DNA of 64,000 nucleotides, taken from assembly GCF_963921235.1 (NCBI RefSeq), contig NC_086097.1:189784001-189848000 (forward strand). Direction: 5' to 3'. This DNA comes from Mobula hypostoma. Its lineage: Eukaryota. This document shows positions 25,236 to 38,409 of this stretch, one piece after another; the first letter of the stretch is position 1, and each line of letters begins with the position of its first letter. A model generated the notes under the pieces. That model was not told the origin of the DNA. It was given only the letters and a program-made list of their open reading frames with translations, and made no database searches. The translations under genes were made by a program, and so were the position numbers.

Positions 25236-25839
25236 CAGTGGTGGCAAACCTTTTTGTGAGTGTGTGCCTAATTGGTGATAATCTTCCAAACAATTCCCTC
25301 ATGTGCCATAGTAATTCTGAGCAGAGATTATCATTGACCAATGAATTAGTAACAATGATTATGGACTTTGGAAAAAGGATGAGCCCTGTAGCTGATCTAC
25401 GTGTATTCTTTGCTGTATTAACAATAGAGTAACAGAGAAACATGAAACAAATGAAGCAGTTTAGAAAACCTGTTCAAAAATTAATATTTTTATAAAAATT
25501 GACAAATAACAATTTCTAAATAATATTGTTATTTTAAGTATTTACTGTCCAAATATTGATATGTACACCAGATCTGCAAAGATGTCAAAACATTTCATCC
25601 AATGTCATGTGTTCTCACAAACCTCTAACTTGTGCCAAGCTGGCATGAGATATTCCCTGTATAAACATCTCACTGCTCTTGGGTTGTAAAAAAATCATTC
25701 GCTGTATCATTTGGCAGGAAAGATAATTATCTTTTTATTATGGATAGGGTTTAAAGAATCAAGGGGCAGCACTGCATGCCATGTGCCCAAATTTTTTTTG
25801 CATGTGCCCTCTTGACACACATGCCATGACCTACCTCTG
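25236..25839. mobile_element. Degenerate hAT-type non-autonomous element
   Basis: Left end CAGTGGTGGCAAACCTTTT, right end ...CTACCTCTG, subterminal GTGCC motifs and an imperfect 8-bp TSD TCCCAGAC/TCCCATAT. Confidence 0.5.
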
Positions 25840-26667
25840 TCCCATATACTCGCGGTACATAATTTAGTGAATTATGTGTGCCATTGAATAAGTTAAGAAG
25901 CCCTTTCAATTGCTTATTTGAGCATACATTCCTTAAAAATTCTTCAGATTCACTTGCATATCTTCACTTAATGAAGCAGTCCTTGGCTATAGTGGCAGCG
26001 TCTAGACCATTCAGGTATTAGATAGTAAGTGCAATTATCATTAGCATGACGTGAGTGATGAGCCATGGAGGAGTAAATACAACCATCTCTCAATGACCAA
26101 TAACCTGATCTTTCATCATCTAATGCTGATGACCACACACTGATCCAAATTTTAACTAAACATGGAGCTTTGTAGGTCAAAGAACAGGTCAGAGGCTTAA
26201 GCTAGTGGCACATGATCCAACTTCTTTCTAGGAAATACGAAGCACATATAGGAGTGTGATATATTTTACTTATTGGTTTTCTTTTTTTGCTAAGCTTTCT
26301 TTCTAAATAGCAGCTGCTATTTCAAAGATCAAAAAGTAAACTTCCAACTAACAGCTTGTTTAGTTTTTGCTTGTAAATGGAGGTCAGTCTTCAGTTCTTA
26401 AAATGTAAATGGCCAGCAGTATTCAGCTTGAAGTGAAAGCACAGCTTTGCAAACAAGCTCTGTATTTTGCAGATGCTCTGTCTGAGAGAAAGCAGATGCT
26501 CGTCACCGCACTTGCACTATTATTGCTTAAGAGGTTACTTGTTTCAAACATACAAGTTGATTTTAAGTTGCTTAGTTCAAGAAAGCTTACAGAATAGATG
26601 GATAATATAATTTGGCTTATCAATAACTGATGTTTATTGTTGGAAGAGGCTTATATTCTCAGAAACA

Positions 26668-26745
26668 AATAGTCTGGCCGAAGGATCTCGACCCAAAATG
26701 TCGACTGTACATTTCTCCATAGATGCTGCCTGACCTGCTGAGTTT
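26668..26745 (+). mobile_element. PLE pLTR fragment with decayed hammerhead motif
   Basis: TAGTCTGGCCGAAGGATCTCGACCCAAAATGTCGACT...GATGCTGCCTGACCTGCTGAG, homologous to 47135-47210. Confidence 0.65.
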
Positions 26746-27127
26746 ATATACTCAGAAGTTAGCTTTATAATTAATACACAATTAACAACATTAATTGTGA
26801 ACTGTGAACATTAAGCTGAGGTCTGTGTCTCCAGAAATGCTTTTAGACCCTTTGTGTTAAAAGGATATCTGAGGAAATATCATATGCATGTGAAGTCATC
26901 CAAGTGGTAGAAAGGGGTATAAATGTAGAGAGTTCTGGATTATTAGGAGTGGGGTAAACATGATAGAAACATAGGGTGAACAGGAATCCATTCCTCCAGC
27001 TTAGGTTTCTGCAATGGACTATTTGTTTTCTACATTGTGGGTATATCTTTTCAGTTTTTTTAGGAAATGTACCTATGTTTTGGAAGTCCTTTGTTCTTTT
27101 GTGTCTTGGAAATGTTTTATGTTTAAG

Positions 27128-28400
27128 ACCTGGACCCATTGCAATTTGTCTATCACCACAATAGGTCAACTGCAGACACAATCTCAATGGCTCTCCACGC
27201 AGCTTTAGACCACCCGGACAACACAAACACCTACGTCAGGATGCTGTTCATCGACTACAGCTCGGCACTTAATACCATTATTTCCACAATCCTGATTGAG
27301 AAGTTGCAGAACCTGGGCCTCCGTACCTCCCTCTGCAATTGGATCCTCAACTTCCTAACCAAAAGCCCACGATCTGTGCGGATTAATGATAACATATCGT
27401 CCTCACTGACGATCAACACTGGCGCACCTCAGGGATGTGTGCTTAGCCCACTGCTCTACTCTTTATATATACATGACTGTGTGGCTAGGCATAGCTCAAA
27501 TATCATGTATAAATTTGCTGATGATACAACTGACGTTAGAATCTCAGGTGGTGAAGAGAGGCCGTACAGGAGTGAGATACGTCAACTAGTAGAGTGGTGT
27601 CGCAGCAACAACCTGGCACTAAACATCAGCGAGACGAAAGAGCCGATTGTGGACTTCAGGAGGGGTAAGACGAAGGAGCACATACCAATCCTCATAGAGG
27701 GATCAGAAGTGGAGAGAGTGAGCAGCTTCAAGTTCCTGGGTGTCAAGATCTCTGAGGATCTAACCTGGTCCCAACATATTGATGTAGTTATAAAGAAGGC
27801 AGGTCAGCGGCTATACTTTATTAGGAGTTTGAAGAGATTTGGCATGTCAACAAATACACTCAAAAACTTCTATAGTTGTACCGTGGAGAGCATTCTAAAA
27901 GGCTGCATCACTGTCTGGTATAGAGGGGCTACTACACAGGACTGAAAGAAAGACTGCAAATCTAGTCAGCTCCAACTTGGGTATTAACCTACAAGGTATG
28001 CAGGACATCTTTAGGAAGCAGTGTCTCAGAAAGGCAGTGTCCATTGTTAAGGACTTCCAGCATCCAGGGCATGCCCTTTTCAAACTGTTACCATCAGGTA
28101 GGAGATACAGAAGCCTGAAGGCACACACTCAGCGATTCAGGAACAGCTTCTTCCCCTCTGCCATCCGGATTCCTAAATGGATACTGAATCTTTGGACACT
28201 ACCTCACCTTTTACTAAAATGTACAGCTGTTTTTGCACGTTTTTTTAATCTCTTCAATATACGTAATTGATTTACTTATTTATTATTATTATTATTATTT
28301 ATTATTATTATTTTTTCTCTGCTATATTATGTATTGCATTGAATTGCTGCTGCTAAGTTAATTTCATGTCACATGCCGGTGATAATAAACCTGAGTCTGA
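27128..28400 (+). mobile_element. Rex1/Babar LINE, RT to 3' end
   Basis: [47 protein letters not shown]. (ATT)n in the 3' UTR; tail AATAAACCTGAGTCTGA. Confidence 0.9.
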
Positions 28401-29829
28401 ATACTTTGTATTTTTAAGAAAAGGTATGTAATTTAGAAATATTTAAGATGGAAATCCTCTGAGTTTTAGATGGATTTTAAGGGTGTTGTTTAGATTTAAA
28501 CACATATCACTGAATAAATCGGAAGTGTTTTAAACTACTTTGTTAGCTGGAAGTATCTTCTCCTTGAATAGTGAATATTGGCAGCTAAACACTGTGGAGA
28601 ATAAACAGGGAAGTGAACTAGTCTTTGAAGGTTGGCTAGTACAGTAGAATCTCCCTTTAGTGAGAGTACTAGTGGCTATGAATATAGGAGAGGGCTTAAG
28701 GTCTTTGAGGTTAGAACTTAGCAGTCAGCAAACCCAATACCTTTAGAGGAGATTGATGGATTGATGAAAATTGTAACATCATGAAGGCAAAATAGGCTTA
28801 TTCTACAGAATTACTGTGTTATTAAAGAGTTGCCATCAGTGTTTTATTTGCTTTCACTGTCGAGGCCATTTGCAACATCAAGTAGATCAGTGCAAAAGGT
28901 TGGTGCAATGGTTAGAGTCTTTGTTATCATGACTTTGCTTCCAATGAAGATAGAAGCTATGAGGGTATGAGAGGGATTAAGCTTATTTCCATGTTTTCTG
29001 GAGCTTTATCTTCAGTTGAAATGTGTTAAGAGCTTATGAGTTTGTCATTCCACTTGGCTGGATTGATAACCAACAGAAGCACAAGAGAGACCTAAAACAA
29101 AGTCATTGCTACTTTTTTTTTGAAATGGATAACCATAACAGCATCAATTAAAGAGATAAATGTTGTATTCAAGGGTCATTTAAAAAGAATCTAACATACA
29201 GAATATTGAAACTTATAATACCAAAGCAATGGTAGCAACTGATCTACAAAAGTAGTGACAAAAGGTACAAGACAAACAGTCATGGTGAACAGTGATCTTT
29301 TTGAAACTTAGCTGGGATTCCTCTAATATTAATGGCTAGAGTCATTGTTATACATGTTGCATGCATATAATCTGATGGTGGGTATAAGTCTTCCAATTTT
29401 GCTTCCAAAATGCAGAGTGCATTATAGTGGAAGTCACAGCAACAGATTTCTGGTGATGGCATCTATGACAAAAAGAGTCGTGAAATGAGCAGAGACACAT
29501 TTGATAAAGTTTAAGGCAGATAATGTAATGCAAATTGCTGCTCTTGGACAAACAGTTTATTTCAAGTGGTACTGTTTTTAAGATGCAGGATGACAAAAAT
29601 GATCTTAGCACGTGTTTTCACAAATATTTATAGATGCTTGGGTTAGTACTTCATAAAAATGATGTGTCGAGAAAGGTAGCAACTTAGATCAAATTTGTGT
29701 GGAAGCACGGGATACTGGTGGGTGTGTTAATTAAGTTATGAATCTCAAATGTAGAAGTTGCAAGGATAGTGAGGTTGTTGATTTAAGCTTGAGTTCTAGC
29801 ACTCAATTTAAGGTTATTTAAGGTTGTCA

Positions 29830-30337
29830 TAGCCTGGAGTGGTAGTGGGGACAAGCTCCCACTACCTATTAAATGCTTCCAATGGGTGCGACCTTCACAT
29901 GTGGCTAAGCTACTAAGACCAGCAGAACCGTTTCTACTGTCAGGCGAAGGGGCAAAGGTGGGCTACTGACGCCTCAAAACCAGTTGCTTCAGGCAGGCTC
30001 ATCAACTGTGGTTGGCAGCCCATCTAGAAGAAGGGAAACTCAGATCTCAAACCCACTCACGGGGAAAGTTTCAGAAGTAAACCCAGAGGGAAAAATCCGG
30101 AACTGGAGTCCCTAAGGCAGTCCTACATTGAGTTCAAAGCTGACTGGCAACTCCTGCGATGCAGCTGGTACCAAACTGTATTGGTCTCTGCTGTTCCTTT
30201 GGATTCACAGATGCCTGGGGCGTGGGAGATTGCTACATGGACAACAGCTTGCTTTCCATATTGTACAGCCCTGGCTTTTGTATCTAGACAGCTGGGATGC
30301 AACATCCATGGTCGACCCAGACTGACGGAGGCCTCAT
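29830..30337 (+). mobile_element. Non-coding interspersed element, tentatively RTE-related non-autonomous or SINE-like
   Basis: GC-richer block in AT-rich flanks, starting with the hairpin GGTAGTGGGGACAAGCTCCCACTACC; no credible ORF. The family assignment is by recollection only. Confidence 0.35.
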
Positions 30338-31004
30338 ATATAGCACTCTTCATCTCACAGACACAAGATGGACACATTAGGACAGGATATTCTAAACATG
30401 ATATACCTGTATTAACTTTTAGTGGTCTCCTTGATAATTCAGAGTATTTGATATTTTTGAATTCCTCTTTTGCAAAGCTCCCGGAAGATTACAGCAAGTC
30501 AAGCAATACTATTCTAATGAGAGATCAGAACCTGAAACGTATTTTTTTATTTCTCTCTCCATGTATGCTACCTAAATTGTTGAACATTTCAGCATTTTTT
30601 GTTTTTATTTCAAAATTCTAGCACCAGCCTTTTTTAAATTATACTTGTGTCTCACCACTACTGGTTATTATCCTAATCATAAATAAATCTGTTAATTTTA
30701 GACAGGTGTTAATAACTTTGTGTCATTTAGTATACAGTGTAATTTAACAAAATGTCACTGAATAGTGATACAATGTTATTTATTAAAGTGGTAAATATTA
30801 ATTGTGATATATTATCTTAACTACTGCAAATATCAAGAATATATAGGACTTCATCCACTGGAATTGGTCGCTTGTCATCACCAGTGTTCATAGCAGGAGG
30901 CCAAAGTGTAACGATAAACAGTTCCAACTGGTATAAAATGATATACAATGCAACACTATCTTCACATTTTCTTTTATTGTCATTCAAGTCTCATAACCTA
31001 GGCC

Positions 31005-32700
31005 AGGTACAACTTTCAGAAGGTTACCTCAAGAGAAAAAAAACAATTCTGAATGAGGTAAAATCAGATGCACGTCAACTCTGGCAGGATTTAAAGGCCA
31101 TTACTTCCTACAAAGTGAAGCCTAACATCATGAATGGGAGTGATGCTTCACTCCCTGATCAGCTTAATGCCTTTTATGCACGTTTTGAAAGGAAAAATAA
31201 AACTATAGCTCTGAGAATCCCTGCCGCATCCGGTGACCCTGCGATCTCTGTCTTGGAGGCCCATGTCCTTCAAGAGGGTGAAGCCTCGCAGGGCAACAGG
31301 GGTGATGGTGTACCTGGTAGGGCTCTGAAAGCCTGTGCTGAACTACTAGTGGGTGTGTTCAAAGACATTTTCAATCTCTCCTTACTACAGTTGGAAGTTC
31401 AAAAGGGCAACAATTATACCGAAAAAAAACGAAGAGCAGGGTGAGCTGCCTTAATGACTATCATCCAGCAGCACTTACATCTATGGAGATGAAATGCTTT
31501 GAAAGTTTGATTATGGCTAATCAACTCATTTCAATGAGGACTTGGACCCATTGCAATTTGCTTATTACTACAATAAGTCCACAGTGGATGCAATCTCATT
31601 GGATCTTCATGGGGTTTTGGATCACCGAGATAATACTAATACTTACGTCAGGCTGCTGGTTATTGACTACAAATCAGCATATAATACAATCATCCCTACT
31701 GGTCTGATCAAAAAGCTGCAAATCTTGGGCCTCTGTATCTCCCTTTGCGACTGGAACCTTCCTCACCAGAAGACCATAGTCTGTGCGGATCAGAAATAAC
31801 ATCTGCTCCTCACTGATAATCAACACTGGTGCACCTCAAGGGTATGCACTCACCCTACTGTTCTACTCTCTCTACATCCATCACTGTGTGACTAGGCACT
31901 GCTCAAATGCTATTTAAATACTTGCTGATGACACAGCTACTGGGGAGAGAATTTCAGATGGTGAAGAGCAGCCGTACAGGAGCGAGATATATCAGCTAGT
32001 TGAGTGGTGTCCCAGCAATAACTTTCCATTTAACATCAGTAAGAAAAAATAACTGATTGTGAACTTCAGAAAGGGTAAGGTGAGAGGACACACACTGGTC
32101 CTCATATAGGGATCAGAAGCAGAAAGAGTTAGCTTTTTCAAGTTCCTGGGTGTCAACATCTCTAAGAATCTATCCTGGGCCCAACATATTGATGCAGTCA
32201 CAAAGAAGGCATGACAGTGGCTATATTTCATTAGGAGTTTGGAGGAGATTTGGTATGTCACCAAAGACAGTTGCAAATTTCTACAGATGTACCATGGAGA
32301 GCATTAAAACTGGCTGTGTCACTGACTGGTATGGTGGGGGATTGAAAAAAGCTGTTGAAATTTGTAAACTCGATCAGCTCCATCATGGCAACTGGCCTCC
32401 CCAGTATTCAGCACATCTGCAATGAGCAGTGCCTCGAAAAGGTGGCATCCATCGTTAAGAACCTCCATCACCCAGGACATGCCCTGTTATTGCTACCATT
32501 AGGAATAAGGTACTGGAGCCTGAAGGCACACACCCAATGATTCAGGAACAGCTTCTTCCCCTCTGCCATCAGATTTAAAATATATTTCTTACTGCAATTC
32601 ACAGTTTTCATTATGCATTGAAATGTCAATGCTACCGCATAACAAAAAATTTCACGACATATGCTGGTAATATTAACCGATTCTGAGTCTGAACCTGAAC
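31005..32700 (+). mobile_element. Rex1/Babar LINE, degenerate
   Basis: DARQLWQDLKAITSYK, LPDQLNAFYARFE, VFKDIFNLSL, DPLQFAY, FYRCTMESIKTGC. Tail GATTCTGAGTCTGAACCTGAAC. Confidence 0.88.
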
Positions 32701-33102
32701 CCGACATCAGTTTTTTTATATGATAACTCCACTGTTTTCCAGATTCTCCCACACCCCATTTTATCACCTCTGCCGTCCATCCATCCATGATTTTTCAGCT
32801 CTTGTCATTTTCCACTAGGTATATTTTCCTGCAAATACTTATTATATACCATTCCTTGTCGATGCATCTGTAATCAATAATTTTAAGATATCACTACTGC
32901 TTTTCCTAAGGTGCTAAGAATTAATGAGAATCCAAACCAGACTGGTCTCTTGAATTTATTAAGTTAATTGATTTCAACTAAGCATTTCAGGGTTCTTCAT
33001 TTTCACTACATCTTATTCAGAAAAGATAAACAAACACGGCAAATGGATCACAAGTATCATTTTCAATATATTATTTTCACCAACTGGACATCAGAAATCA
33101 TT

Positions 33103-33223
33103 CTCGGCCTGAAACGTCGACTGCGCCTCTTCCTATAGATGCTGCTTGGCCTGCTGCGTTCACCAGCAACTTTGATGTGTGTTGCTTGAATTTCCAGCAT
33201 CTGCAGAATTCCTGTTGTTTGCG
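33103..33223 (+). mobile_element. Solo 5'-truncated PLE pLTR
   Basis: CTCGGCCTGAAACGTCGACT...TTTCCAGCATCTGCAGAATTCC, flanked by a 13-bp near-TSD ATCAGAAA(T/G)CATT (33090-33102 and 33224-33236). Confidence 0.8.
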
Positions 33224-33486
33224 ATCAGAAAGCATTGGATGCTTCTGTGTGTGCTAGTCACTTACTGATACTTCTACCATTCATATGGCTTTCATAGTCA
33301 ACCTTGGTCATAAGTAAGTAGAAATAAGTTATTAATATTTAGAAATCCAAGTTATATCCAATACTACACCCATCTAAAGTGCAAATGATTCATCATAGAT
33401 GGGAATTACTAGATACCAAGCTGACCTCCCTCCCACTCATACAATGGAAGTGAATAATCATAGGTAACACTCTATGTCCTTACAAA

Positions 33487-36400
33487 GTTTATAAGACCAT
33501 AAGCCCATAAAACAAAGGAGCAGAAGTCGGCCATTCGGCCCATCGAGTCTGCTCCGCCATTTTATCATGAGCTGATCCATTCTCCCCTTTAGTCGCACTC
33601 CCCCACCTTCTCACCATAACCTTTGATGCCCTGGCTACTCAGATACCTATCAATCTCTGCCTTAAATACACCCAATGACTTGGCCTCCACTGCCGCCCGT
33701 GGCAACAAATTCCATTGATTCACCACCCTCTGGCTAAAATAATTTCTTCACTTCTCTGTTCTGAATGGGCACCCTTCAATCCTTAAGTCATGCCCCCTCG
33801 TACTAGACTTCCCTGCAATGGGAAACAACTTTGCCACATCCAATCTGTCCATGCCTTTCAACATTCAAAATTTTTCTATGAGGTCCCCCCTCATTCTTCT
33901 AAACTCCAAGGAATACAGTCCAAGAGCGGACAAACGTTCCTCATATGTTAACCCTCTCATTCCCGGAATCATTCTAGTGAATCTTCTCTGAAACCTCTCC
34001 AATGTCAGCACATACTTTCTTAAATAAGGAGCCCAAAACTACCCACAGTACTCCAAGTGAGGTCTTACCAGCGCCTTATACAGCCTCAACATCACATCCC
34101 TGCTCCTATAACTCTATTCCTCTAGAAATGAATGCCAACATTGCATTCACCTTCTTTGCCACCGACTCAACTTGGAGGTTAACCTTAAGGGTATCCTGCA
34201 CGAGGACTCCCAAGTCCCGTTGCATCTCAGAACTTTGAATTCTCTCCCCATTTAAATAATGGTCTGCCCGTTTATTTCTTCTGCCAAAGTGCATAACCAT
34301 ACACTTTCCAACATTGTATTTCATTTGCCACTTCTTTGCCCATTCTTCCAATCTATCCAAGTCTCTCTGCAGACTCTCCGTTACCTCAGCACTACCGGCA
34401 CCTGCACCTATCTTTGTATCATCAGCAAACTTAGCCACAAAGCCATCTGTTCCATAATCCAAATTGTTGATGTACAACGTAAGAAGAAGTGGCCCCAACA
34501 CAGACCCCTGTGGAACACTACTGGTAACCAGCAGCCAACCAGAATAGGATCCCTTTACTCCCACTCTGTTTCCTGCCAATCAGCCAACGCTCTATCCACG
34601 TATGTAACTTTCCCGTAATTCCATGGGCTCTTATCTTGTTAAGCAGCCTCATGTGTGGCACCTTGTCAAAGGCCTTCCGAAAATCCAAATATGCAACATC
34701 CACTGTATCTCCCTTGTCTAGCCTACTTGTAATTTCCTGAAAAAATTGTAATAGGTTTGTCAGGCAGGATTTTCCTTTAAGGAAACCATGCTGAGTTCTG
34801 TCTATCTTGTCATATGTCTCCATGTACTCTGTAACCTCATCCTCGACAATCGACTCCAACGACTTCCCAACCACCGATGTCAAGCTAACAGGTCTATAAT
34901 TTCCTTTTTGCTTCCTTGCCCCCTTCTTAAATAGCGGAGTGACATTTGCAATCTTCCAGTCCTCCAGAACCATGCCAGAATCTATCGACTTTTGAAAGAT
35001 CATCGCTAATGCCTCCGCAATCTCCACAGCTACTTCCTTTAGAATACGAGGGTGCATTCCATCTGGTCCGGGAGATTTATCTACCTTTAGACTATTCAGC
35101 TTCCTGAGTACTTTCTCTGTCGTAATTGTGACTGCGCACGCTTCTCTTCCCTGCCACCCTTGACTGTCCGGTATACTGCTGATGTCTTCCTCAGTGAAGA
35201 CTGATGCAAAATACTCGTTCAGTTCCTCCGCCATCTCCTTATCTCCCATTACAATTTCTCCAGCATCATTTCCTATTGGTCCTATATCTACTCTCACCTG
35301 CCTTTTACTCTTTATATACTTGAAAAAGCTTTTAGTATCCTCTTTGATATTACTGGGTAGCTTCCTTTCATAGTTGACCTTAGTTTCCTTTTGTAAGCTT
35401 TTAAAAACTTCCGAATCCTCTGTCTTCCACTAATTTTTGCTTCCTTGTACGCCCTCTCCTTTGCTTTAACTTTGGCTTTGACTTCTCTTGGCAGCCACCG
35501 TTGCATCCTTCTTCCATTTGAAAATTTCTTCTTTTTTTGAATATATCTGTCTTCCACCTTCCTCAATTCTCGCATTAACTCCAGCCACTGCTGCTCTGCC
35601 GTCCTTCCCACTAGTGTCCCTTTCCAGTCAACTTTGGCCAGTTCCTCTCTCATGCCACTGTAATTTCCTTTACTCCACTGAAATACCGACACATCAGATT
35701 TCGGCTTCTCTTTTTCAAATTTCACAGTGAACTCAATCATGTTATGATCACTGCCTCCTAAGGGTTCCTTCACCTCAATCTCTCTAATCACCTCCGGTTC
35801 ATTACACAATACCCAATCCAGTACAGCCGATTCCCTAGTGGGCTCAACAACAAGCTGTTCTAAAAAGCCATCTTGCAGGCATTCTACAAATTCTCTCTCT
35901 TGAGATCCAGTGCCGACCTGATTTTCCCAATCTACTCGCATGATAAAATCCCCCACAATTATCATAACACTGCCCTTCTGACAAGCCCTTTCTATTTCCA
36001 GTTGTAATTTGTAGTCGACATCACTGCAGCCGTTAGGAGGCCTGTATATGACTGTCATCAGGGTCCTTTTACTCCTGCGATTTCTTAGCTCAACCCATGA
36101 ATATTCTGCACCTTCCGATCCTATGTCACCTCTTTCTAATGATTTGATATCATTTCTTGCCAACACAGTCAAGCCACCCCCTCTGTCTACCTACCTATCC
36201 TTCTGATACACCGTGCATCCTTTGACATTCAGCTCCCAGAGACATGCGTCCTTTAACACATCTCAGTGATGGCCACAATATCATACCTGCCAATCTGTAG
36301 CTGTATGACAAAATTATCCACCTTATTCATTACATTGCATACATTTAAGTATAACACCTTAAGTCCAGTATTTGGTACTTTTTGCTTTGATTGCACTGCA

Positions 36401-37836
36401 ACTTATCCCAGTGGCTGCAAAGTTGCCCCATCACCTGCCTGTCCTTCCTGACATCTTTGCTGCTCACTATCTTAGATTTATTTCTGTTTTCCCCCTCCTC
36501 CCATCCCCCTGCCAAATTAGTTTAAACCCTCCCTATCAGCTCTATTAAACCTTCCCACCAGGATATTGGTCCCCTTCGGGTTCAGGTGTAACCCATCTGT
36601 TTTGAACAGGTCATACTTCCCCAGAAGAGATCCCAATGATCCAAGAATCTGAAGCCCTGCCCCCTGCACCAGTCTCTCAGCCACGCATTCATCTGCCTGA
36701 TCCTACTATTCTTGCCCTCGCTAGCACGTGGCACAGGTAGCAATCCCGAGATTACTACCCTGGAGATCCTGCTTCTCAGCTTCCTTCCTAACTCCCGGAA
36801 ATATCTCCTCAGGACCTCCTCCCTTCTCCTACCTATGTCATTGGTACCAACATGTACCAAGACAACTGGCTGCTCGCCCTCTCCCTTCAAAATACTCTGG
36901 ACCCGATCTGAGACATCCCGTACCCTGGCACCTGGGAGGCAACACACCATGCGGGTATCAGGCTCACAGAATCTCTTGTCTGTTCCCCTGACTATGGAAT
37001 TCCCTATGACTACCGCATTCCTCTTCCCCCTCCTTCCCTCCTGCACAACAGCGCCAAGCTCAGTGCCAGAGACCCGGTTACCCTGGGTGTCCCCTGTCAG
37101 GTCATCCCCCTCAACAGCATCCAGAACAAAATACTTGTTGCTGAGGGGGACAGCCACAGGGGTGCTCTCCACTATCCGGGCATTTTCCTTCCCTCTCCTG
37201 ACAGTCACCCAGTTTTCTGACCCCTGTAGCCTAGGGATGACTACCTCCCTGTAGCTCCTGTCTATCACCTCTTCACTTTCCCTAATAAGCAGTAGGTCAT
37301 CAAGCTGCAGCTCCAGATCCCTAACATGGTCTCTGAGGAGCTGCATCTCAGTGCACCTGGCTCAGATATGGCCATCAGGGAGGCTGGAAGTCTCCCAGGA
37401 TTCCCACATCTGACACCCTGAACAAAGCACTAACCCTGCAGGCATGCTATCTAATTCTACAGGAATGAAACAGGAAAAATAAGTTTTCTCACCCACTTAC
37501 CTCGACAAACAGACAAACTTTTTAAATCGTTAGCTGTGTGAGCCCTTCTGTTCCTGTCTGTCCGGGCAGATTCGCCATGGGGAAAAAAAAAAAGAGTTGG
37601 TGCCTCGCTCTCACCTCTTCCTGTTACCGCCGAAGCCCGTTGAGGCCAAAGCCCTACACTCTGCTACCACCCACTCCGCTGCCCGCTGTATAAGGTGGTC
37701 TCCTTTTTAAACTCTCAGCGTTGTCCTGTCTACGTCACGTGCCTGCGCAGTCTCGTCCTTCCTGCACTCGAAGTCGTTTTTAAAAAAAACTGCCTTCCTT
37801 CAGAATTCAGCTCCCACGCCGCTCTGCTTGTCCCGA
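33487..37836 (-). mobile_element. Near full-length CR1 LINE (5' UTR, ORF1, ORF2, 3' UTR), inactivated by stops and frameshifts
   Basis: ORF1 from the ATG at 37445: MPAGLVLCSGCQMWE...HI*ARC zinc finger, coiled coil, SGNH esterase (VIGNSIVRG, VHVGTNDIG). APE (IYRPP, GDF, SDHN) and RT (YLDFRKAFDKVPH, KFADDTK). Tail at about 33490; possible TSD TACAAA. Confidence 0.92.
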
Positions 37837-38409
37837 TACAAAAACTGAAGTAGACTGGAAAAAACCCTCAAACCTAAATCCCTGGTTTTCTATACTTATC
37901 ATTGAACAACAAAGATCTCAGAAACTCATTTAACTGTAGGAACATCTTGGAATTCTAATTCTTTCTGAAATTAATATGAAGTAAACAAATTATATCTTGT
38001 ACAGAACCAGACCAGGAGGCTATAGATATCAATACAGACACTTTATGATTGATGAAGCTAATTAACAACTGCAAAAAATTATAGTAGATTATAAACAGTT
38101 GTGACATGCTGAATCAAAGTAATAAATATAAATCTCTGCATATGATTGAAATGCCAGTGATATTCTCACTGTAGTAAGCACATTTCTGGAGTTAGTGGAG
38201 TAACCACTATGTTAATGCATATCACTACATCCAGACAACATCATACACATAGAACAAGTATCATACATTCACAGTTAAGAGCTTAATTTTTGGTAGTTAG
38301 ATGGAAGATACAGGAATAATAAGCATTGATATATATTTAAATTCTACATTTTAAGAAAGAAACATTGCTTCAGAAAACAAATAACCAGTTTGTACACCAT
38401 CTGTATTAC

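Noticed and set aside
36712..37254. Long antisense ORFs over CR1 (also 18511-19056 and 3466-3861)
   Set aside because: Shadow frames opposite the LINE coding sequence.
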